The notes under the pieces were generated by a model. That model was given only the letters and a program-made list of their open reading frames with translations, did not search any database and was not told the DNA's origin. Positions 35,545-43,823 of a DNA stretch of 43,823 nucleotides are shown one piece after another; within the stretch, counting starts at the first letter, position 1, and each line of letters begins with the position of its first letter. Location of the stretch: the NCBI GenBank assembly GCA_032718475.1, contig JAUCBJ010003988.1, forward strand, positions 1 to 43,823, written 5' to 3'. The stretch is from Nemertoderma westbladi. Its lineage: Eukaryota > Animalia > Xenacoelomorpha. The position numbers were made by a program, and so were the translations under genes.

Positions 35545-36550
35545 CTACTACTAGGATCGGCATGCTGCATTGCAGCTGCATTTTTAAGAATGCTGTGCCG
35601 GCTTGTCAACAAAATTGCACCGCCACAACTCCCTATCACCCATGACATTTGCTAGATCATCCGCATCTTTAAGGCCAGTGTCCTTTAAGATGCGTCTCAA
35701 GAAAGTCATGGGCTGTCCACCATGCTTATTCACACCATGAGGCTGCCAAAGTACAAGATTATGCACTGGCTGGTCCTCACGGCGAAAGCAATGTCCTGCA
35801 AAGCGGAGGCGATTTTGTTCTAGTGTCAAGCTTGGGGGAGCCAATGAGACACCTCCAATGTTATATAGTGTCTGGTTGGAGATGTGTGCATTGTACTTGA
35901 CACAATGAACCCGGCGTAGCATTCTTGTGAATGTGCCATCCAGAGATTTGGTGTCCTCAGCAGTTAGAGCCCAGCATGGACTCCCGTAGAGGAGTACTGG
36001 AACTACTGCTGCTCTAAATAATCGGACCTTAAGTTTCCGATTAATTCTCGGTGACTTTCAAATCCTGGAAAGCCTATTCAAGGCTGCCCATGCCTTTCCC
36101 TTACGTATTCGAAGGTCCTCACCTGACTTCCGGATCCATGATCCCAGGTAACAGAAGTCGTCCACATGCTCAAGCATACCATCCTTTGAGCTTATGCTCA
36201 TCCGATCAAAGACTTGCTGAGGACTTTCAAAGTTAACTGTCAGAATTTTGGTCTTTCTAGAGTTAATAAAAAGACCAACACTAGAAGCAGCCTGTTCTAA
36301 TGAGATGAGGAGCCGTTGGGCTCCCTCTAATGATTCTGAGAGTACTCCTAAGTCATCAGCAAAGTCTAGATCAGTTAGGTACTTGGCAGGGTTTCCTCGA
36401 CTTCTGGAGCCAGTAGGTGGAGTTATCATCACCCCATCATCATTATAATGATCTAAGGACATGCGTAGAACATAGTCAACCACAATAATGAACAAGAATG
36501 GTGCAAGTGTGTCTCCCTGGAGGACGCCCCATAACACTTCAAATGGTTTC
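35545..36550 (-). mobile_element. 5'-truncated RTE-type LINE with (TAG)n tail and TSD
   Basis: GVLQGDTLAPFLF..DLDFADD..RLRFAGHCFRRE; 12-bp TSD tgctatcagata at 35533-35544 and 36557-36568. Confidence 0.92.
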
Positions 36551-36744
36551 AGATGTTGCTATCAGATAGCAACCCTACTATTACTACGTAACTGTAACTA
36601 TACGGTACCTTAGTCCCACGTTGCGGTCGGTAGAAGTTGTTCACATTCCTGTAAGTACTGTTTAATAATGTTTATCTGTCGAATTAAATTAACTTAATAT
36701 TGGTTGTATAATATATATTGGTATTATAATGTATTACAATATAT

Positions 36745-37405
36745 ATATTGGTTGTGAAACTGTTAAATATTTAGGCCACTTTATTACAGATACACTTATG
36801 ATGATAATGATATAGTTAGGCAAATTAGGAAATTAAACGCCCAAGGAAATAGTCTGAAACGCCGATTTTTTATGTGTTCACATAAAGTTAAGGTAACACT
36901 ATTTAGAGCTTTTTGTAGCAGCTTATATACTTGTCAATTATGGTGCAATTACAAAAAATTAACTATTAATAAATTGTCTGTAGCGTATAATAATAAATTT
37001 AGAATATTGATGAGCTATCCCAAATACTGTAGTGCTTCTCAAATGTGGGTCTCAAATTACTTAGGTACCGGATTGTGCAGCAGTTATGCGGAATTTTGTG
37101 TACAGTATTATGGTTCGGTTGCAAGCTAGTAAAAACTTAATAGTGAATAATATTATTAACTCTGATGTAACTTTTATATCTCCCTTGTGGCGTAGGTGGT
37201 TATCTGAACTTCACATAAATTTCAATCTCAATAAGAACATATTATTAAACGTGTTTGTAAATTAAGCTTTTGGTTATTAAATATTATGTTGGTAGGTAGT
37301 ATTTGTTGATCTATCTAGTTGTTGGGTTGGTGCAAGTGAACCGTGATATATGTTTATATATATTTCGTGTTAAATATACAAAGATGAATTGAATTGAAAT
37401 TGAAC
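36745..37405 (+). mobile_element. Degraded 3' fragment of a second LINE family (RTE-X-like C-terminus)
   Basis: VKYLGHFI..DDNDIVRQIRKLNAQGNSLKRRFFMCSHKVKVTLFRAFCSSLYTCQLW..VAYNN; (gaatt)n-like tail near 37385. Confidence 0.7.
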
Positions 37406-38078
37406 TGTACGTATTTCGCACATCGTAATGTAACACTCGGATAACAATATCAGTAAGTATAGATCCCTAATGGTAACAGATGTATTTTCGTGCAATGTGT
37501 TGATGAAGTTACCAAGCCAACGTACTGTATATAGATATATACAGTATATAGGATGATGGCATACTATTGCCGGGCATTTTGTATTACCAATATTGCGTGG
37601 TTGCTCACTATCTTGATAATATTTGTGAATGTACTGTATGTTCTTATCATATATTATTATTGCTTATAATTTGTTAGTAGTAAGCAAAATCGAAATTTAC
37701 ATAAAACTCTTTATTGTTAAATCAATTTTCGATTAAAATTACGTACATGTTCTCCAACCAATGCATACTATTTATTTATAACTATTTATGAACGCCCATG
37801 GTGTGTATTCCTATAAAGTGTTCGATTAGGGAGACATAATAAGTAAAGAGTTATCTATTTTATTTGAAATCTTATAGCTAATTACAGAATTACAAAGTAA
37901 TTGTTGCATTCCTGTTCATTTTTCTAAGACAATTTTTTCAAAATTCCCGAATTTAGGCCTCTACATGTATGCCTAATACCGGTACCTAAATGTTTACTAG
38001 ATGGACGATGCAGCGTAATCATATTAATTGAAATTATATCTGAAAATTTACTAATATTAAATATTGGCCATAAGATCG

Positions 38079-38293
38079 ATGAGAGATTCAATAATGGGTT
38101 GGAGAGATATCTTATTGGACGGTATTTCTGAGATTCCGTTCAATGGGTCTGTACCCGGTCGATTGGTCTGTGTAGGCCAAGAAGTTGAGCCAATCCTAAC
38201 GACCACCAATCACGTTCGAGATATTGTGTGGGCTGCATCCCGTTTTGGTAAAGGCGGTATACTGGTCACTTCACACGACTGCTTTGCCAAACA
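38079..38293 (+). CDS. TCAF: TCAF/FAM115-like protein, coding exon 1
   Basis: LLDGISE..VPGRLVCVG..PI..AASRFGKGGILVTSHD matches the TCAF N-terminus (AAS.YG.GR.VV..HE); phase-2 donor ca|gtaagt. Confidence 0.8.
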
Positions 38294-38970
38294 GTAAGTT
38301 TATTTGTGTGGAATGTGTAATTATTACCTTTCTGTAGCCGTACTTACGGTGTATCCGTCCGTGTATCATCAATTAATAATAATTAAGATTTGCTTTTCTT
38401 ACAGTATAATTTCTATAGAATTAAAAAAGCATAATTATCTGATGATGAAAACAATTTAGATTATAACACATTGAGTGAGGCTAAACAAATATTTTTCTAC
38501 ATTTTTGTAATTTTCTATGTGATTACTAAGATAAAAAATTTTATGAAAACAATGCGAACCTTTTTTCGTATTTCATATCGTATCGTGTATTTTTTCTATT
38601 GTTTCAAATGTTATAGAAATCATAATAGTATGATATCATGAGACACTATCAGTAGGAAACTGGTCAGTCGGTAGTATAGCAGAATCATGAATTACACGAT
38701 TTGACTGTTAGTTGTCCCCAGACAATTGACTTTACATGTGACTTGCCGACGATATGTGGTTGCGTAACTTGACAAAATTGCCATTCGGTTTGCGAACTAC
38801 TGTACTTTTATTAACAATAACAATGTCTGTGGGCATTTTTGACTAAGGTGTACTTTTTGTTTCACTGTGCCTGAGTGTTGATTGCGATTTTGGGTGTTGT
38901 CACACACAAATGCCACCTATCCCAATTAAATTAACGCGGCATAAATACTGCAATTATATTGTTATTGTAG

Positions 38971-41179
38971 ATTTAAATCGGATGTGGCTTCTGGTAACAA
39001 GTTATCAGCCAATATATTGTCCTGGTTATTCGACGTCGGATTCTCCAAGCATACCAACATTATCAGTTTGCATAACTTCATACACGGAGTCGCCGATATT
39101 AAAGGTGGTTTCCACAATGTGTTACTTGGTTCTACTCACAGTTTGGACAACTTAGTTTCACAAACTTCTTGTTTTGATGATAACGCGACACAAAGAATTC
39201 TAGCTGCTGTTAGTGAAGGTAGCGGTTTAGTTATCGGGGTGACGGCTTGGGGATGGTTACAGTTGACCCCGGGGAGTAGCCTAGAGAATCTACCATATGC
39301 CCCATTAATGAACAAAATTGGTATACGTTTCACTGATAAATGCGTCAAAGGTACATTGGCCTTATCTGCAGAAACGTCTAACTTAGTAAATTTCGGTAGA
39401 TTGTTGCGCCGATTGGCCGTATGTAGTGAGAGCGATGAATTTCTTACGACTCTAAATCCCGAGGAATATTATTGTTTGTGTTCTAGTCTATCAGATTTAT
39501 CGATCGATGCAGAAATATCCGATGCAATTAAACCCATCGCCGGCTATTGTTATAACAAAATAAAATGTAACTTATTTGATGAACCTGTTGTTGATGACAG
39601 AATTAAGGCGGCCACGATGTTGTACCTGTATTGGCACAATAGCCAACATGTAAACGATCGAATACAGCTTCCAGGTACCAAAGAAATACCAGGTGTTCTA
39701 GAAAACGAATTTTCGGAGTGTATTATTAACGACTTTGTTCTAGAATTACATTCAGAGAAAGAGGAGATATTCCCCACTGGTCTTTACTTGCCTGCTGATT
39801 GCATTTTAACTGTGGCTGCTAGTACAAGTGATAATAACATTGCTACATTGTCCACGTGGAGGGTTATCATTGGTGCTCAGGACTGCCATCTAGTAGATAA
39901 ACCAGCCTGGAAACGTTGGCCTAAAATCCAAGTAACCCAGAGATTTCGCAACTCCTTCCAGCTAATTTCACCTTTCGGGGGCTCAGTATATCTCGAACGG
40001 TGTAAGTCACGACGTCCTCTGTTAGACCCTCGTGTTACCGTGACACTTAGCGGCGCGATCCGCTCTCCACTCTTCGATATCGTCGCACCTGATCCCATTG
40101 TCGCATTCGAGGCGTCGAAACAGAACCGCGGTTTATGGAGCGATTTGATTGGGCGGCGGGTTATGTTTACGGTTCGTTCGGAGTTGGCGCGAAGTTTAAA
40201 GGATCCCACCGCTGTGTTGGACTACTGGGACGGTGTCATTGCCTTGTATGAGGAACTTTCTGGAAGAAGAATCCGCCGTCAGTGGGTGGTTCCTGACACA
40301 CAGCTGTGCACCGGTTGGATGCACGCCAACTACCCCGTTGTCGTACCCGAGTGCATATGTTGCCCGGGCAACCAGGAGTTCGCCTTCGACCCATGGGCAT
40401 CCGGGTTCAACGGATGGGGTTTCTACCACGAATTCGGACACAATTTCCAGGACGAGCGGTGGACTTTCCCCGCGGTCCGAGAGGTCACCTGTAATATATT
40501 CGCATTGTATGCGTGTTACAAACTCAGGGGCGAGGCGCCCTTGTCGTGTCGTTGGTTGCGTCACAAGGAACGTCACGATGACGTCATAAATTTGGTCGAA
40601 TCGCGTGGCTTTCAATACGGGAAGTTAGCGAAAGAATTCCCCTTCATCGGGTTGTACCTTTACGCCCAACTGGCTGAACATTTTGGATGGGACGCCTACA
40701 AGAGAGTATTTCGTAAATTCAATGGCTACAAGTCTAATCAACAAGCTGAAGTAAAATCGCACAGTTGTGACGTCAGAGATGAATTAAAAACGCGACATAA
40801 TTACGGAGATCATTGCGATTCACAATTACAAGGGAATAAACCAGTGGTAAATAAATTAGAACTAACCGTAGGTGAGTGGAGAGGAGGAGATCTGGATGAT
40901 CCATTGAATGCCATCAGTTTATCCGATGTAGTTTACGGAAATACTGGCGATTATAATCAATGGAAAATGGATTTCTGGGTGTACACATTCTCTCGTGTTG
41001 TCGGCTATAATCTCACTCCCTTGTTTGAGTTCTGGGGGTGGCCAGTCAGCCGTGACTCGGTTAAAGATAATCTCATCGACTTGCAGCCCTTTTTGCCCAA
41101 AGATCGTATCATTGACATGTTTCCAGGGCGAGAAACTACGGTGTTAGCCGATTACACAAGTATTGTAAGAGCCGTTTAA
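38971..41179 (+). CDS. TCAF: TCAF/FAM115-like peptidase M60-domain protein, coding exon 2
   Basis: Acceptor ttattgtag restores frame; TGLYLPA, WKRWPKI, SPFGGSVY, GWMHANYP, WGFYHEFGHNFQ..WTFP..EVTCNIF, LYAQL...FGW, NLTPLFEFWGWPVS. Confidence 0.88.
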
Positions 41180-41749
41180 TTGGTTATAATTATGTGGTTA
41201 TTATTTTATCGACTCAACTCATGTACACGTACTGTGTACAGAAATTATTGGTGTAAATAGTTACCATAAGATCATTTAATCCTTGTAGAAGTATATGCGC
41301 TTCCCCCTGCTGCAGTTTATATGCCACGTAACACTTTGTTTAAGGAGTTATAGAAGTCCATGATTTTGGTCAAAGATGTAAATTTTGAAACTTTTCTGTC
41401 ATTCAAGTACAGTCCCAATCCCAATAAACATTAACTTGGTCGTTTTGGCGGCCAAAATGACCAAAATCACCAAAAAAATGTAGTGTATTCCTATGGGCTA
41501 CTTGGTCGTTTTGGCGAAACGATTTAACTCGAATCAGCTCAATCCAGACAGTCTGTCTCCTTGGCCATCCATTTGGTGGATCTGACTAAATGTCGGCTCG
41601 CTTTCATTTTTATTATTGACAGATTGTTAACTTACCCGGCGCTGAGCCTTGCAGTACTGGAGTCCGCCCACTAAGGCATTGATAGAGTACACAGTCTTAT
41701 AAAAGGAGTTGAATGGGGCTTCGTTAAAGGAGGAGTATAATAATCTGTA

Positions 41750-41997
41750 CGTCCCGAAATTAATTTATGGACGTCCCGAAATTAACTCTATGGACTTCCC
41801 GAAATTAACTTATGGACGTCCCGAAATTAACTTATGGACGTCCCGAAATTAATTTATGGACGTCCCGAAATTAATTTATGGACGTCCCGAAATTAATTTA
41901 TGGACGTCCCGAAATTAATCTATCAACCAATCAGAATCGTAATGAAATAACTAATTAATGGACGTCCATAAATTAATTTCGGGATGTTAATTTCGGA
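41750..41997. repeat. 22-bp tandem repeat ggacgtcccgaaattaatttat (about 8 copies) followed by an inverted copy
   Basis: Directly visible. Confidence 0.85.
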
Positions 41998-42079
41998 AAT
42001 TAATTTAAATAATATTTTTTTTTTTATAATACAATTTTTTTTAATATTTTTTTACAATGTATAATTCGCGGACACTGCG

Positions 42080-42483
42080 GGGTGACTACAAAACAAAGAC
42101 CCAATTATAAAGACCTGCATAATCTTGTTACATGTGTTAACTTTCGTTAATTGTTTTGAATCCCCCCGTCACGCCTCTGTAACTTGCTCCTTTACCAACC
42201 TGCTCCTTTAAATAGCAATGGTACATAACGCTCATTGTGACCTGTACAAAACAAAAAGGTAAAGTCGCGTTACGTCCCAAAGAGCTTTAGGTTCCAAAGA
42301 GCTTTAGGTCCCATTGCCAGAGAACGTGAGGTCACATTGCCATTTAAAGGAGCAGGTTAGTAAAGAAGCAGGTTACAGAGGCGTGTTGGGGAACCAAAAC
42401 AATAAACGAGAGTTAACACATGTGTTTTGTATTTGTACAGGTCTTTATTATTTGGGTCGTTGGTCTTTGTTTTGTAGTCACCC
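42080..42483. mobile_element. Mutator-like MITE, 404 bp
   Basis: ~130-bp TIRs starting gggtgactacaaaacaaagacc; 9-bp TSD gacactgcg at 42071-42079 and 42484-42492. Confidence 0.88.
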
Positions 42484-43149
42484 GACACTGCGGTGTTGCG
42501 TGGGGGCCACCAATCCACCCACCCACACTCAACTCCCAACTTCCTGGAAACTAGAATACTGAGTGAAAGCTGAAAGCGTCTGGAACTACTACAGGAACTC
42601 CATGACATACTATGGGCTAGCGACTAGGGACTGGCGCCCTTGAACATTTAAACTGTAGTACCTACTGCACCACCTACCTTAAAGTGACCTGTGGGACCAG
42701 CCCATTATTAGTGAGGTCGGCATTTCTCTTTATCCTGCCGCTCTCTTTGTATTACAATAGCATACAGCTAACCAATGGCAATGGTCTACCCCCAGTGCGG
42801 GGAAGACAAGCTGGCTACCATTGAAATGGATAGGGGAAGGATAATATGGTGTGTTCGTGTTCCCATCCTAATGTCTGTCGTCTTGGCTCAGCTAAGCTTA
42901 AACAGAGCCACAGCCTACAATAGAGCTTTACCTAAATACACTTCCAGTGAGCCAAGCAATAGTGGCGGGTTAGCTCCAAAATGCCCATGTAGGATTTCTT
43001 CGAAAAAGGACCAATTGGTTGAGTTACGAATTACAGTGAAAAAGTATTCATGATTAGATTTTGCTTTGAACAGGAGAAACAGTACCTTCTTGTATAGTTC
43101 ATGTGTACATGTGTTAATTATTAGCGTTGGGCTTATTTCTATGTATTTT

Positions 43150-43790
43150 TGCCTGTGGGGCGAGCCACGAAGTTGGCGGAGCCTTAGCGAATTGACACTG
43201 TTAGGGGGTGGGTCAATTTATGCAAATAGTTGTCGTCGTCGTCGTCGTCGTTGTCGTCGTCGTCGTCGTCGTCGTTACGATTTTGACATGCTAATAACTT
43301 TGTCGGATTTAAAGCTGCCAAGTTGACAATTTGTAGGTATCAATATGAGCAAAAATTGAGATTTTTGAGAGACTTTCAGACACCATCAGTGCAATGGTCT
43401 CCCGCTAGAGGGCCACATGTCTAAACATTAAATGCCCTCCCATTTCTTTGCTTTTAATCCGTTTAAGCTGAAACTTGGCAGATATGTATTAGACCATTAG
43501 CTGTGACTTTCAAAGGAGGCGAATCCATCTGCAGTTCTCCAGTCTGCCGCTAGAGGGCCAAATGTCTGAAAGTGAAATCGTTGTCGTCGTTATGATATTG
43601 ACATGCTTATAACTTTGTCGAATTTAAAGCTGCCAAGTTGAAAATTTGTTTTGTTGAAAATCAGTTCAACAGTCACCCGCTATATGACTACTTTATGCCT
43701 GAAAGTGAATAGATTCTCCCGTCTCATTGATTTTAATCAGTTTAAGCTGAATCTTGCCATATATTCTGGACCACATGCTGCGTCTTAGTG
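43150..43790 (+). mobile_element. Non-autonomous interspersed repeat with (gtc)n microsatellite and internal duplications (Crypton-like architecture)
   Basis: Short GC-rich imperfect hairpin near 43160-43190, (gtc)n at 43231-43275, duplicated gacatgct..aactttgtcg..tttaaagctgccaagttga and ccgctagagggcc units; family assignment from general resemblance only. Confidence 0.45.
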
Positions 43791-43823
43791 GGGGGGGGGG
43801 GGGGGGGGGGGAGATTTAATCGG

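Noticed and set aside
39136-40615. Antisense and alternative-frame ORFs inside TCAF
   Set aside because: Shadows of the M60-domain exon with no independent motifs.
43790-43812. Poly-G tract (also poly-C at 29695-29712) as a functional G-quadruplex
   Set aside because: Simple homopolymers within repeats; length is unreliable and there is no supporting context.

Overview
AT-rich, repeat-dense eukaryotic DNA with spliceosomal introns, most likely from an invertebrate animal; it is not prokaryotic. Host genes: the 5' five coding exons of PAN2 (minus strand, continuing off the left edge), single-ORF SRRD and UBIAD1, and a two-exon TCAF/peptidase-M60-like gene. The rest is mostly mobile DNA: several RTE-type and L2 LINE relics and hAT-, MULE- and Harbinger-type MITEs/foldbacks. 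The most notable feature is a complete 5.1-kb non-autonomous Polinton/Maverick-type element (12808-17913; AGTAGT termini, ~400-bp TIRs, perfect 6-bp TSD). It has no recognisable replication or capsid genes. It carries one intact zinc-finger/acidic-repeat ORF with a TATA+CAGT promoter, a 1.26-kb self-complementary 22-bp palindrome array flanked by two outward-facing tRNA-like Pol III units, and CTCF-like motifs. Other oddities: a Nab2/ZC3H14-type CCCH finger inserted in the PAN2 pseudo-USP domain, a 56-bp minisatellite made of ~25 copies of a PAN2 splice donor, and substitutions in the second aspartate-rich motif of UBIAD1. All calls are from reading the sequence and remembered protein families; no searches were run.
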